Below, in pieces: positions 1 through 13,908 of a DNA stretch of 64,000 bases. Source of the stretch: Dimorphilus gyrociliatus. Its lineage: Eukaryota > Animalia > Annelida. A program made the translations under genes and the position numbers. The DNA is taken from positions 1,694,873-1,758,872 of the forward strand of contig CAJFCJ010000007.1 of the NCBI GenBank assembly GCA_904063045.1, written 5' to 3'. Each line of letters opens with the position of its first letter. Position 1 is the stretch's first letter. The notes beneath the pieces were generated by a model. That model made no database searches. It was not told the DNA's origin and was given only the letters and a program-made list of their open reading frames with translations.

Positions 1-781
1 ACTATCCATCATCAATATAATTAAGATAAGCATTAAATATTTCCAGATTAGAAAAGGTTCTGTTTACCCGCCGGATTCAACTCGATTTCCGGTAAAGTTA
101 ACGAAAGAAAAATAGACTTTTAGCCCGAGGGTAAATTGAATTCTACTTAAGCACCCTAGCTACATAAGCGTTTGGCTATGCATTGCTCGACAGAAAATAT
201 GCAAACTCGGGGATAAGATTAATGTCGTTCTTCAAACCTTATAAAACGCAACATCGAAATACAGTATATATGTTTATAAAAAGTTTAATAGCTTAAGCCT
301 CTCTTACCACCTAGCATAATTAAGCACAGCAAGTAACGTCCCGTGACTGACTTGCGACGCAGGGGATTTAGTGTCCAAAATTGAAAGAAGCGTCATAATT
401 GAAAAGGTAATTATCGGCCGAATGATTTTGTAGTTATTTTACTTTTTGGACCATTTGCAATTTGCATACTGAAGCTGCCTGAGGGCTTTAGGCATTAATC
501 AGATAGCGTCTAAAGACGATCGGTTAAGAGGCATGGTCGCAATGGGTGGTTGGCGGTGTAAGTTTTAACGTTGTTGCATTAACAAATTCTTTCACATAAA
601 CCAACATAATTTATAATCAGTTGCATATAAAAATTATAACGTGACTGTGTTACTTCATGCCTAAATCGTTCAATTAAAAGAATCAGCAAAAGATGTGACA
701 TACGTTAAAACTCGACAACAAATGTGTCATTACGAATGCAATTGTTATAATCGAGCGTTATATGTGCTTCATAATACTAAC

Positions 782-962
782 CAGTATAATCTTTATTAGC
801 CTCGTATCCATCTGGAGATCCAGCTATTCTTATCTGAAATCCATTATCACCAGGTCGCTTTTTAGCAGTTGTCTCTGGCTGTCTGAGGCATACTCTTTCT
901 AACTCATCCACTCCTTCAACTCTCACAAAAAGAAGCATAAAAAAAATTTGTAGATATTCCAT
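782..962 (-). CDS. Exon 1 of an F-spondin/spondin-1-like secreted protein (signal peptide + start of reeler domain); gene continues off the left edge
   Basis: MEYLQIFFMLLFVRVEG (signal-peptide-like) then CLRQPETTAKKRPGDNGFQIRIAGSPDGYEANKDYT, resembling the F-spondin reeler N-terminus (C..P...K..GDNGF.I.I.G.P..Y....YT as recalled). Donor G|GTTAGT at 781. No further exon recognised in 1-780. Confidence 0.6.
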
Positions 963-3606
963 GGTTTTAGTTAAAATAATTCTTCAAGCAGTCAAGTCTT
1001 GAAGAAAGGAAGATTATTCGGCTTCAAATATATTTAAACATCCAATTGCAGACGAGTGACTTATCGGGAAATTTAAGTTTCAATGCAGTACAGAGCTTAT
1101 ATATTCATAAAAACATCTATATTGCATTTGTTAACAAACTTAAAATTAAGTATATCTATTTAGAGATGTAACACAAATATACGATATATTTTGCCGACCA
1201 ATGCCGAAGAGAAACTGAATACAGTTGAGTATTTCACGAATGTTGATTGGTTGTTTCAAATCAACTTAGCGCCATCTGTATTCATGAGACTATCTGAACT
1301 AGAGGCGAAATCTATATCAAATATTGTTTGTTCTTTATTTGCAGAAGCGACCAATCAACTCATTTTATGGTTGACTTGATGTTGGCTAATAACATCACTA
1401 CAAACCAGCAACTCAATTTATGCTGTTGACGGATTGCTGGAAAGGGACCATTTCAATAGTTAGGTTGACAAGATAAATACTGTCTGGGGTTTGCCGGCAA
1501 ACAACTCTGTAAACTCTTGTGTATGGCTATCGCACGGAGAAAGCACTATGGCACATGGGACTTGGGGTTTAAAAAGCTTTGTAATTTCCACCCTGTAGCA
1601 ATTGTAAACACTATAGCTGCAATCCGATTATAAGACTGAATCTTACATATTGAAGTATTTCATTACGTCACGTGATCACAAATATAGTAAACGAAGAGAG
1701 GGAAGGAAAATCAACAATTATGAATCATGGACAGTTACAGCTAGAGCTCTATGGCGTACATGCCTATTTGTGCGTGAGATTAGCTGCAACAATACGCTGG
1801 AAAAGTCATACTCGGCACAAAAGGCAATACATGATTTGCCTTTTTTTTTATAATATAAGCTTGAGCGAAAACTTTAGTCTCCAGTGATCGTCAGTTGTTT
1901 AAAGACAAATATCTAAAAATATAAGCTATCTATTTATCGGTTAGAATAAAACAGCCTTTACAATATTCTCTTATTTCGTCCAAAGTTTCGAAAGCCACAG
2001 TTGATTATAAATTAGGTATAAAGATATAGTCAAAAATAAAATGTGTTGATAAGCCTCAGGCTTTTAAAACGATTCGCAGTCGATGTTTAGACTTTTTTGA
2101 GTTTGTATAAAAACAAGCTAGGCAGTGTGGGGCAAGATGTTATCTGGACGTCTTCTTTAACACAACTCTATTATAGATAGGGATTTTCGATGCTGTTTTA
2201 GATATATGGAGAAAGAATCGCATCGCATCTGGTCAGTGTATTTTCCTTTCGGCCTATAGAAATTCCGACGTCGAGATATCTTTATATGAAAAATTACCCA
2301 AAGCTCTATCTCTCTATAGAATCGCAGTCCTAAATAAAGAAGCATCAAATATATAACGCAATATATATCATAATATTGTATACGCTATACAAACTATACA
2401 TTAAGTACACAATAAGTACATCCTTCTATTCGAAGACAACTTCTTGAGTTGGTCAGAATTCGGAAGAAATACTTTCATGTTAAATTTGTTACATAAGATA
2501 ATACACTATAGATAATACTTAAGTGAGATTTATGGATATTGTTACTAAAAATTAGAAAGTAACATTAATGTTCTTGCCTTCTTTCTGTTTTTTGTTATTA
2601 AAACTATCTGCACTCCTGCTGAACAAAATATTTAAAGTGTGGCGTAAGCAAAAGAACGTCAAATCGATAAAGAGCGTCGATGAAATGGGGCCATCGAAAC
2701 CCAGCAGAAATCCTTTGGGATTTTAAGTGTGTTTAGAAGGCTCCAAAATTCTGCTTATCTTTTGGTAGTTTGAACTTATTACCAGCAGTGAAGATAGTAA
2801 GCTTAGTTTTTCTGACTCCGTCATTTCTAACATAAATGAATAAAAAAGAAGCAGCAGACTAGAAAAACAAACGAGGGTCAACCCCATGGGACACGCTTAA
2901 GTGGCCTAGGCGTCACAGAATTTATATAGGCGTGATTATGGAGCTGGTAAAAAGCATCCAAACTTTGTCAAACAGTTCATTTCCGTTCTCCTTTCTACGT
3001 CTATATACATCTGGAGGCGAAACTAATTCGTTCTACTTAATTACAACGCTTAATTAAATTCTGCTACAAGCCTCGACTTTTATTCATTAATCCATAGTCT
3101 CACAGCCTACCTGTAAAGGTTAATTATATACTGTTTTTGGTTAAGCAAATTTTTTTCCTATCTTCTACATTTGTATATTTTGCCAATGAGTGATTTATGA
3201 CCAAGATAAAACCGAGAAAAATTACTTAGGCGGCGACGGGATGGCAAGAATTTGCTCTGTCCCGCAATCAATTTATTTCGTCAATTGCCTTCATGTGATT
3301 TGTATTAGAGATGTCTTTCTATATGCAGGGGCCTTAGTTTGTTTTAGGAAATACTGGATGCATTTAATAATTAAACTATAATTTAATATTGTTTTGTTGT
3401 TTATTCCAAAAAATTTAACATATGACAATTAGAACAAAGCAATTTCAACAATATCAATCAACGTTTACAATGTGTAAAATCCGCAGAGAGAATAATCCAA
3501 AAATAATTTTTAACCGGTTTTTTCGTTAAAGGAGAAGTTATAGCACCACAGTTTGAATGCATAATGAATTTTGAAGTTGGAAATTTTTACTTCCTAAACT
3601 AGAAGG

Positions 3607-6600
3607 CTACTCACCTGTTTTTTCACGAGCGACTTTTTTCAAAGCAACTCCGAAACAGGATGACACGACATGTTTCTCGACGTCTATACCATACTCTTTA
3701 CACTTTTTCACCGTATCTGTTATCCAATTTTTATCTTTGGCCCACAGCGCACAAATGATGACCTAAAATTTTTTAATTGTTGGGATCTAAAATATCTCTA
3801 AGAATGTTAACTTTAGCAACGCACGTGTTTCCATATCACTTCATTCAGAGGAAACTGCGTAGAAAGGCGACTAAGAATTTTCTTAACCTGTCAAACGTTT
3901 AACACACAACTCCTCTCGTTGATAGCTATGACTAAATATATGTTTTGCAAGAATTTTTAATAATATATCTTACCTGTAAATATTTCTTTTCTTCGTGAAG
4001 AGATGCGACGAGACTGCGGACACATAAATTTAAATTTACTTATTAATTTCGACTATTATATTGAATTGAATTTAATATGAAAAAATTATGTAAAAGTTAA
4101 ATATGATTACGGACAATAAGGCAATTGGAAGGCAATTAGGTAGTTGAAGTAAAGATCTTTGTGAAATTGCCCGAACAGAAGCCATATCTCTTTTTTTCCA
4201 AAAATCCAGTAGGGTTCTAAAAAAATCAGTCACTAAAAGAAAATTTTGTTAATTTTTCAGTAACCTGCAAACGAGTTGGGGATTTCTCGGCATCCACTCA
4301 ATCAACTTTTCTTCTACTTTTAGTACGTCGTTTGTTGTCAAATTCGAGAACAACCAGTTGAAAATTTCGTTTTGACCGTCACAATCCAAAAACGTAAGAT
4401 TTGAATACGGAAAATTGATATTGACAGACGTGCTCGCAAGACAACGACGAACCATAATCCACAGTTTTTTGGGGCAATTTTCATTTATAAATTTCAGATA
4501 GCTACAGCGGAAAAAAAAGGTTCACTTGGTTCTTAAATATTTTAGCTAAACTAAACCTTTTCCAAATTAGGTAGCTATTTTTCTCCTTAACTCGACACAA
4601 CGCACACTCAAAAGCTTCTTTGATTGTTTCAAAATTGAACTCACTTGCTTGTAAATAATAGCAATAGCAGAGCCATGTGAAGGGATCGTCTTCTTCGGTT
4701 TTAAAATTTTTCAGTTCTGGTAAATCTCCATCAAGAGGAAGGGGCTCTTTGATAAGTTTTCTAAAAATTAATTAAATATTACATATACCTATTATGTATA
4801 TATAATTATCATATACTAATATCTGTATAACTCACAAGTAACAGTGTATAACTATATTTCTTTCACATTGTACCGGATTTTTTAAAATCTTTTTTGGGTA
4901 GTCTTCAATAATTTTTAATGCGTTTTCTTTCGTTTCGACAGAAATAGCTAAGAAGAAAGTTAATTCAGAACTTGCACATTCTAGGTCAACGAAGTCACTG
5001 CAGAAACTTTCTCCCGTTATAGAACATATCTTTTTCAAATATTTCCATAGAATGACACAATTTGGTTCTGATTTGATTTTTGTTTCAACAAAGATTTTTG
5101 CCTTATCTGTTTTTCCCAAAACTATTTCTTTGTCGATAAAGGCAAGATTGATACAATTATCTCCCTTAAGTTCCCTTCCTTTTAGTCGCACAAATGCTTG
5201 TTTAAATAACGAGTCTAGAGTTGAAACTTTCAATTTAGTTTTCTTAGTTCCGCTTTTCCATGCCATATATAAAGCTGTCTTTCTTACAATTTTTGATGGT
5301 ATCGATTGAGCAGGATCAAAAAAGGCACTGGGTATCGTGGAAAATTCAGCAAGGTATATAAAGGTAAATAGTAAAACAGATAAATCTTCAGTATTCATGA
5401 TTGTGGTTATATCTTTGTTTAAGCGACTTTTCTGTTGAAAATCAATAAGAATGGATATGAAATTTGTAATAAAGACTTACATCCAAAAATTTTAAAGCTT
5501 CATTGTATAAGCCAGCTTGTCGCAAAATTGTCGCCTTATAAATCGTAACTTCTAGTAAATAATGAGAAGCTATATCATTTTTTTCCATCCCCATTATGAA
5601 AGCAATAATTTTATCGCAAGTTTCACATACAGCTTCAACTCCTTTCTGCTTCATCAAATACTAATTAAAGGGATTAAGATTAATATTTTTTTAGAACAAT
5701 ACAACGACTTACTTTCCACCAAATATTATATGTTGGAGCTTTTTTCAAAGCCATTTGATACACCAATTTTAGACTGGATTGTCTTTCAGATTTTTCATAC
5801 AGGGTTAAGTAATGAATCCATAATAAGGATTCTTTTTCATTCGTTTGAATGGCTTTTGCAAGAATTTTTAAGGCTGAATCATAATCAGCACCATTGGAAT
5901 CATGTAACTTTGAATAGGCGAATCTTAACCATAATGATATGTTACTTTTTTCAGTTTTTACTGCACTTTCTAATTCTTTGCCAATGCAACTTTGGTTGTC
6001 ATTCAACCAATAACGAATATCCTTAGAATTAATTGTTTCTTCAATTTCTTGTTGAAATCCTCTTACAGATTCTTTCTTATCTGAAGCTGTTTTATTGCAC
6101 AATTGATCAAATGTAACCAGATCATACTGCTTTTTGACCCTTTTATTTTCTGCCTTGTCATTTTCACAATTTAATTTCAAGCTATGAACGGCTGAAGTTT
6201 CTTTTAAATATTCAAACGGATTCCACTTTCTAGAGAGGTCAAAAACTGAAGAAAATTGCACTTTTTGTTTTATCAAACGCATCATCAGAGCTAGGCAGTC
6301 TTCCTTGTTCAGCTCTTGTTTGTCTCTCATAAAATCAACGATATAGTTTTCTAGGATCATCGGAATTTGTTTAGTCGGGGTTGTACGTGAGACTCCAGCA
6401 ATGGTCGGTACATAAGACACTAAATCAAGTAGTATCTCTTTGATAGATGGTTCAGCCAAGTGAAGGTTATTGCACTTTTCATCTTGACATTTTCCGTTCA
6501 AATGATATCTACATAAAATCCTATCAGCAGAATGATAGTAAGAGTATATTGAGCTATTCAACTTGCTGTGATCTTTAAATCTGGAATGAAATCTTTTAAA

Positions 6601-9524
6601 TAAGTAAAATATTTCATTTATTAATTTAAATTAGCAAGCACCTATATAGTCTGAAAGCTTTCAAAGGGCTGTCATATATTGTAAATTTTCCAGTAGAAAA
6701 AGTTCCTATTTTTTTGTTCAGGGTATTTTTTTCAGTCTCGGAAGAGAAATTTAAAAAAGTGATTGTAGGATGTTTATTTTCATATCCAATTACAACATTT
6801 GAACATTCCTTTGGAAGTTTACTCATGAACTGCATCTGTTAAATATCTCTTTTAAAATTGAAATTTAGACAAATAAATAAGTATTACATATAATTTGTTG
6901 GTATTTTCAGAATTTCCGTTGGATAGTTGTTTGTTTAAGATATTTATCGTTTCTTCTTTCAAACCAAATACATCGTCAAAGGTGTACTCTTTAATTTTTT
7001 CAGGTTCACTTTTTCTTAAAGCACTATTAGGTTGATTTACTAAAGTTTCTAATTCTTGACGAAGTGAGAGCTCGTTACTACGCCTAGTAGCTAATCTTTC
7101 TCGAATTACTTGTAACTTTTTGTCTAACTCTGAAAGTTGCTCTTCACTGGTAGTTATCACCCTTTTGGCTACTGCTAGCTGTTCTTCCAATTTTTTTAAG
7201 CGTTTTTTTTCTTTTAAAATTGTGGCTCGGCGCTGAGCTCTCAAGTTACCTACAGAAGTCAGCTCTTGTTCATCCAACTTCGTTCGCTTACTGAAAGGAA
7301 TATAAATTACACTGTCGAAATAATGTTGATATTTATTACAAACCGTTCCTCCAGCATTTTATATTTTAGTCTCAGCAACTTCTGTTTTTTCCATTCACCT
7401 TCTACCGCCACTAGTTTTCTCTCCAAGACCTTACTCAATTTTAGATTAGGTTTTGAAGACTTGGTTTTTACTTTTGATAATTTTCTAATACATTTTCTCG
7501 GTTTGGCAGGTATCAGTCTATCGATTATTTCATTTAGAACCTGTTTGCATATAAGATTTATTGAGTCAGTCTCGTTTGTTTCCTGTATTGGGGAGCAAGT
7601 TTTTCTCAATGGAGTTTCAGTTTGAGCAATAGTTCTTTTCCGTAGCGAACGATGTTCTTGAAGAATAGCCTTCGTTGAAACGTTTGAGCAATTTCCCAGA
7701 GTTTTCTCATTTAATTCTTGTTTATTCACATTACTTAAATTGCGTTTCTCTAAATCTGAATCGCTTTCACTACTAGTTGAATCTTCTCCCAATTTAATAA
7801 CAATTTCTTTTGTTTTAGAGAGTTGTTTAAGGAATGCAGGAGAGGAGGCACTCTTTTTAATCGTTTTTCCCGTTGTCGTTTTGGAATTCATTCGATTTAA
7901 AATATTCTCTCTCATTTTTTTCAAAATATCGTCATTTTTCTTTGTTGAGTTCTCAGCTTGTTTTTTCTGAAAGATTACTTCTTACACTTTAAAAAATTTT
8001 GTATAGTGTGTGTATACCTTTTCCAAAGCCTGTCTCTCTGCTTGCTTCCTCACAAGATTTTCTCTTAAAATCTAAAAATTGTAAACATTACAGTCAAAAG
8101 AAATTGAGGTTGATGGCCAATCACCTGTTCTTGAAGAAGGTCAATTTCACGGCGAAGGTTTGCCGCTTCTTTTTCTCGCTCTCTTTCCTCTTTTTCGACT
8201 TCTTCTAGTACTATATCTCCGCTAGGAGAAGTTACTCGAGATGATTCTTGACTGTTAGATGACAATTTTTCTACATCTGGAGTATCTAGACTCTCTTTTC
8301 TGACATCTTCAAGCAAAGTATTTATTTTCTCATCTATATTGTCATTAATCGCATTAGAATTTGCCGCTGAGCTAAGACCCTCCTGTTCACAGTCTTTCTT
8401 TTCAAAAATAACAAATTGATCTGATTTCAGATTATTGGGATACGTAAAAACTGCATGATTATTTTTGTCATCATTTCGATTTTGGAAGCTAAGTTGCGGA
8501 AATACGCTATCCATTGATTCTGTATTCAAGTGAGAAGTCATAGAGTTTTGATCAATCAACGTTAAGCCGGGAATGAATTCAATCTAAAAATATGTTCTGT
8601 TGTTAAAAGTATTTTTAAACTATATACCCATTACCTGATCCGTAGCATTAATTAAATGCTTTTCTAAATTGCAATTATCTAAAAAAGTCATATTTACGAA
8701 AGTGTGCCTTTCAGAATTAAGTATTTTTCTTACCTGATCGAATGTTTGATTCACCCATTAACTTTAAAAAAGCATTTACTTGGTCTTCGTGAGTTTTCAG
8801 TTTCAAAACTTTTAACATCTTGCTTTGACGATGACTTTCTCCCCTTCTGTAAGCTTTTTATTAGTTTTTGGTATAAGAGAATTTAAGCAAAGATACCGTT
8901 GTTTCCTTTTCCTTGAGCTGTCAGATGATTCACTTGAAGATTTTTGAAAATAATGACGATGTCTCGGTGGGGATGGTAGTCGTCTCTTCTTACTGAGATT
9001 TTCACTTGCCTTTATTTTAACTGCTGATTGCAAAGCCTTAAATCGTAGTTTTAGAAGATTCATATCATCCTCAGAGTCATCCTAAAAGATTTAATCAAAT
9101 TAGGTCAAATAACTACATTTCAATTTATACAAACTGATTCGATGGAAGATATAGTTGAGTCAGTGATTTCTCCATCAGATGTTTGACAAGAAGATGCTAA
9201 TATTTTATCAACTACATCCTTTTCTTCAGTCAGCCCTTGCTCAATATCATCTAGCTTTTTCTCCATGCTTTGATATTCCAAAAGGAAGTGTGCTTCTGTA
9301 CCTACAGAACTTGAGGAATTCCCATCGTCAAATCCATTACTTTCTGATTGATCTTTTATATTTGCAAATGAGTTAGAATTTCTATCCAGCCCAGCCACGT
9401 GAACCCCGCATTTCGTTAGACAATTGTCGTCTGAAGAAATATCGCTATAAACTGATCTATCAAAATAATCCTGGGCATCGTTGGCATCCGAATCACTAAT
9501 TTCTCCTTCTTCCTTCTCAGACAT
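3607..9524 (-). CDS. ZFC3H1: Zinc finger C3H1 domain-containing protein (PAXT component), multi-exon
   Basis: Starts MSEKEEGEISDSD (ATG 9524). Long low-complexity/coiled-coil middle; C3H1 finger LCRYHLNGKCQDEKCNNLH; HAT-like repeats (LWLRFAYSKL...ALKILAKAIQTN...LWIHYL); C-terminal exon TVKKCKEYGIDV resembling human LVSKCQEIGVSL. ORF-track pieces 9120-9524, 8812-9063, 8065-8559, 7307-7924, 6852-7277, 5680-6561, 4832-5398 and 4249-4455 join via short GT-AG introns. Stop TAG at 3607-3609 is my best reading. Confidence 0.85.
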
Positions 9525-9694
9525 TGTATCAACTACTATTTTAAAGTATTAAAGTTGATATTTCTTGTTCCAAATACTATCGTCACTATAAACAATCATG
9601 GCCGACTCTAAAATCTGAAATTGTCGACTCTCAACAGGCGGCGCCAGAAAGATAGCAGACGAATTATAAGGTCATTTTATAGGGGAAGGAAAGT

Positions 9695-10263
9695 ATGGCT
9701 AATAAACAGAGTCTAGAGAAAATGCGGCAGATTTTTCATATTGTAACCAAAGCAAAAAATTTTGATCGTGTAATTGGAAAAGTAGGTAGTTATTTTTGCT
9801 CATTTGTTTTTATGTATATTCTTAGATAAAAAAAATAGTCTGCAATGTAATTCTTTACATCGACAGGCGAAACTTATTGATGGAGGAAATGGTCGATGCA
9901 TTTGTGAAATGAAGGTTGAAGAAGAACATGAAAATAGAGGGCAGACTCTTCATGGTGGAATGACAGCTACGCTTGTTGATAATATTTCTACGATAGCTCT
10001 GATGTCATATAATGATGGAACTCCTCCAGGCGTTAGCGTCAATATGAATATAAGGTATTATTTCAAATGCAGTAAGCTGTTTGAAAATATTTTTAACTTT
10101 TTACAGCTATCTCAAAGCAGCTCCAAGCAATACAACAATCGTTATTGATGCAAGAACGCTTAGAGTAGGAAAACGATTAGCTTATTTAAGCGTTGATGTT
10201 ACAAATAAAGAAACAAGTGAATTAATAGCCCAGGGACAACATACTAAATTTATTGGTTCTTGA
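9695..10263 (+). CDS. ACOT13: Acyl-CoA thioesterase 13 (hotdog fold), 3 exons, 143 aa
   Basis: join(9695-9781,9867-10054,10107-10263), phases consistent. Motifs NRGQTLHGGMTATLVDNIST, PGVSVNMNISYLKAA and GKRLAYLSVDVTNK...IAQGQHTKF. Confidence 0.93.
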
Positions 10264-10462
10264 AAAGTTTAATATTATATTATATGATAAGCAATAAATG
10301 TTCTCAAAAACTAAAAAAATTATCGAATTTGTAGTAAACAAACTAGGCATACATTATAAGCCAAAAGGCCTCACTGACCACTTAATCTTAAGCGGACTTT
10401 GAACACTTCGTGGTTCCTTATTCAAGAACATTATTTGTTGAAATATTTTGGATTGTTATACA

Positions 10463-12291
10463 ATGATTGCAGCGAGAGAAAGTGTCAAACGCTTAGTGAA
10501 TGCTCTAGGAACTGTATCGTAAGTTTAGTTGTATATTTTCATGTTTAATTTTATCGGTGTCCTACTTTTTTAGCTGTCGATGTCCTGGGCACTCAAGCGG
10601 ATCGGCATTCTTAAACAGCGATGCGTCTATGAAAAAAGAGTATGCTTACGAGGTAGCTTCTATCTCCTTAAATTTATGAAAAAATATAAAACTTTGTCAA
10701 ATAGGTAGCTGCATCAAACATCAGATATGGGCCTGGAGTTACAAAAGAATTAGGAATGGTAAAATTTAATTTATAGTAAACAAAACCTGTTCTGTAGTAA
10801 TTTTTTTGATATACATATTTTTACCTAGTAGGATCTTAAGAATCTTGGAGCGAAAAAAGTTTTGCTAATGACTGATAAAACAATAGCCCTGCTACCTGCC
10901 ATGAAGGCTGCCATTGAAGCTTTGCATAAAAGCTCAATAAATTTCGAGGTTTTCGAAGACGTTAGAGTAGAGCCTAATGACCATAGTTTCCAAAGGGCCA
11001 TTGAATTTGCAAAAAATGGTAGTTTTGATGCTTTTGTTGCAGTAGGCGGAGGTTCTGTGATGGACACCTGCAAAGTAGCAAATTTATGTGCTTCTAACCC
11101 TAATGCGGACCTTTTGGATTTTGTAAATGCACCGATTGGAAAGGGGCTAGCGATTACGCATGATTTATATCCATTAATAGCAGGTAATTTTCAACTTGTT
11201 TCAGGTAGTGTGAACTATAAAACTTGCCAACAGTTCCAACTACAGCTGGAACTGGTAGCGAAACAACAGGAACGGCAATATTCGACTTTACTGAAATAAA
11301 AACAAAAACTGGAATTTCAAGTCGAAAACTAAGGCCAACACTAGGCTTGGTTGATCCATTGCATACTTTGACTATGCCTGAGAGAGTTGCGGCATGGTCC
11401 GGATTTGACGTACTATGGTATAAATACATTTATAAGTTTTATCAAGAAGTCTTTATTGAAAGAAATTTTAAGTCATGCTCTAGAATCATATACTGCTCTA
11501 CCATATTTTGAACGGGAGCCAAGACCGTCAAATCCAAAACTACGGCCAGCTTATCAAGGTAGCAATCCCATTTCAGATGTATGGTCATTGCATGCCTTAA
11601 AAGTTGTAGCAAAGTACTTCAAGAGGTTTTGTATTTTTATTTCAAAGAAAAGTCAAAATAAAAATATCATTTTCAGAGCTGTTCAAGACTGTGAAGATTT
11701 TGAGGCAAGATCAGAAATGCTGTTAGCAAGTGTTTTTGCAGGTATTGGATTCGGCAATGCTGGGTGTCATTTATGGTTAGTTCTTTAAAATTTTTGTAAT
11801 AAATGCTGTTATTTTGTTTTTTTAAGTCATGGAATGAGCTATCCTATTGCTGGAAATGTTCAATCATATAAAGCCAAAGATTATCCTACGGACCATGCAA
11901 TAGTTCCTCATGGATTATCAGTCGTGCTTACTGCTCCTGCTGTATTTGAGTTTACCTATGCAATGTGTCCAGATCGTCACTTGGAAACTGCAGAAATTTT
12001 GGGGGCAGATATCCGTAATAAGAAACAAAAGGATGCTGGAAAAATACTATCAGATCAACTGCGGCGAATTATGCAAGATCTGAATGTTGATGATGGTTTA
12101 AATAGTATTGGTTACTCCAGAGAGGACATACCTAAGCTTGTTAAGGGAACACTACCACAGGTATTAACCTACTTTCAGCCTAGTTGTGCTTTAGTTTATC
12201 TTTTCAGGAAAGAGTCACTAAATTAGCTCCGAGAGCGCAAACGGAGGAGGATCTGTCGAATTTATTTGAAAAATCTTTGAAATGTTATTAA
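10463..12291 (+). CDS. ADHFE1: Hydroxyacid-oxoacid transhydrogenase (iron-containing ADH family), mitochondrial
   Basis: Exons 10463-10518, 10574-10652 (CRCPGHS...EYAYE), 10705-10758 ([16 protein letters not shown]), 10832-11183 ([11 protein letters not shown]), 11234-11417 ([12 protein letters not shown]), then further exons with [19 protein letters not shown] and [13 protein letters not shown]. Last exon ERVTKLAPR...FEKSLKCY*. Confidence 0.95.
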
Positions 12292-12334
12292 CTTCAGTAA
12301 GATTTTCAAGTGCAGTAACAACGAAGCATAGTAT

Positions 12335-12358
12335 TATATATATATATATATATATATA
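12335..12358. repeat. (TA)12 microsatellite between the convergent ADHFE1 and METTL2 3' ends
   Basis: Uninterrupted TA run read directly from the sequence. Confidence 0.9.
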
Positions 12359-12474
12359 CTGTATATATATAGATAAAGTATCATAATTTTTAAGTCTTAA
12401 TAGAATCGAAATTAAGTACATTTCATTTTGTTTTAAAAAAATCTTTTATTATTACTTGCTGATACATTGCATAG

Positions 12475-13908
12475 TTAATTGTTTGGCTTCTTATATTTAC
12501 ATTGTATCCAGACCCGATACATTTTTATTTTCTTGCCTCTATTCACTTGCATCCTTCTATCAATATGGTTCTGTATTTCAATTAATCCTGCTTTCGCAAA
12601 AATATTTCTCAAGTCGTCTGTTTGAGGAATTTGAATAATAAATCAAATAGTACATGTAGGCTATGCTAAGTTACCTTGAGTAAAAAAGTAAACTCTTGTT
12701 CCATCACCTCGAACATAAAAGTTGTCACTTAAGCATTTACCATTTTTGAAGCGCAATTGAGCCATATCATATCTACCATAATCACGAAAAAGTATTATTC
12801 CTCCCGGTTTCAGATATCGACTGAGGTGAATTATACAATCTTCCATTCTTAAAAGTTGTAAACTGTTATAATAGAATTATAAAAATATATTATTTACCTA
12901 TTAGGATTCACAGCTGAGAGAACAAATATTAAAGCTATGACATCTAAACTTCCTTCGGGAAAGGGAAGAGTTTTATCTATATCAGTGATGTCGTGAACAA
13001 AGGCGTGACAACTATTTTCTGAGTAGTCATTGTGTTGTTTCACCAGATTTATGGCTGTTTCTGATAAGTCACAGCAATAAACAAACAAGTTTTTGCTTCT
13101 TGCAGATTGTATAATAGGAAAGACTGAGTTCCCAACTCCACATCCAACCTTATTGTTATTGAAATATATTTTATCTATTTATGTACAGTTTATGTTTCAT
13201 ACTTCAAATATCCTGTAACTCGCATGAGACCCGACGAATTCACTATTTTCTTGTTGCCCGTTATATTCTTCCAGATTATTGGGTAAAACTTCAGGAAATT
13301 CTGTGAATAGCCAATGACGATCTTTGAAAAATCGATTTTGATGAATACTATAAAAAGCATCCCAGTATTTGTGCGCTTCATTTTCATACTTAGCTATTGA
13401 AAAGTTGAGTAACTATTGAAAATGAAATGCTATATTTATATAATCCTACCTGAAGAGTCTGGTGAAATTTTAGTTTTACTGTTTTCCTTAATTTTTTCTT
13501 GAGCTTCAATTTCTTGTGCTTCATCCCATTCTACATCATCCCTGTTGTACCATATAATACAAAAAATAAGGACTTAAGATAATAAGAACACCTTCCTAGC
13601 CTTGGACATCTGAGATGACTATGTACTAATATAATAAAATACAACTAAGAGACTATAAAGGACATCAAATTTACTAAAATTTTCAGTTACTGAGAAATTG
13701 AAAATAACAAGAATGATCAGTAATTTTTGAGAGAATTCTGCAGTCATGTTGTTCTATTTGAGTTCTCTTTTATCGCTCAGTGCAGAATATTGTTAAAGAA
13801 AACTGCGTATATTATTACGAAAGCAATATCAAACCACGCATTGTGCTGGAAAACATCACTGGATTCGGTTAAGAATCTATTTCCAAAAGCCTCTCTTTTT
13901 TCTGCCAT
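12475..13908 (-). CDS. METTL2: tRNA N3-methylcytidine methyltransferase METTL2-like
   Basis: [25 protein letters not shown]|DDVEW (the METTL2-specific N-terminus), [77 protein letters not shown] and [23 protein letters not shown]. Stop at 12475-12477. Confidence 0.93.

Noticed and set aside
2120-2147. AGGCAGTGTGG and GGCAAGATGTT resembling the miR-34 and miR-31 5' ends
   Set aside because: The matches stop after about 11 nt, the two abut each other, and no precursor hairpin is apparent.
5052-6026. Plus-strand ORFs 5052-5309 and 5562-6026 (and similar ones at 7266, 7740, 28401, 38424, 38911, 40603, 51798)
   Set aside because: These are antisense shadows of well-supported coding exons on the other strand.
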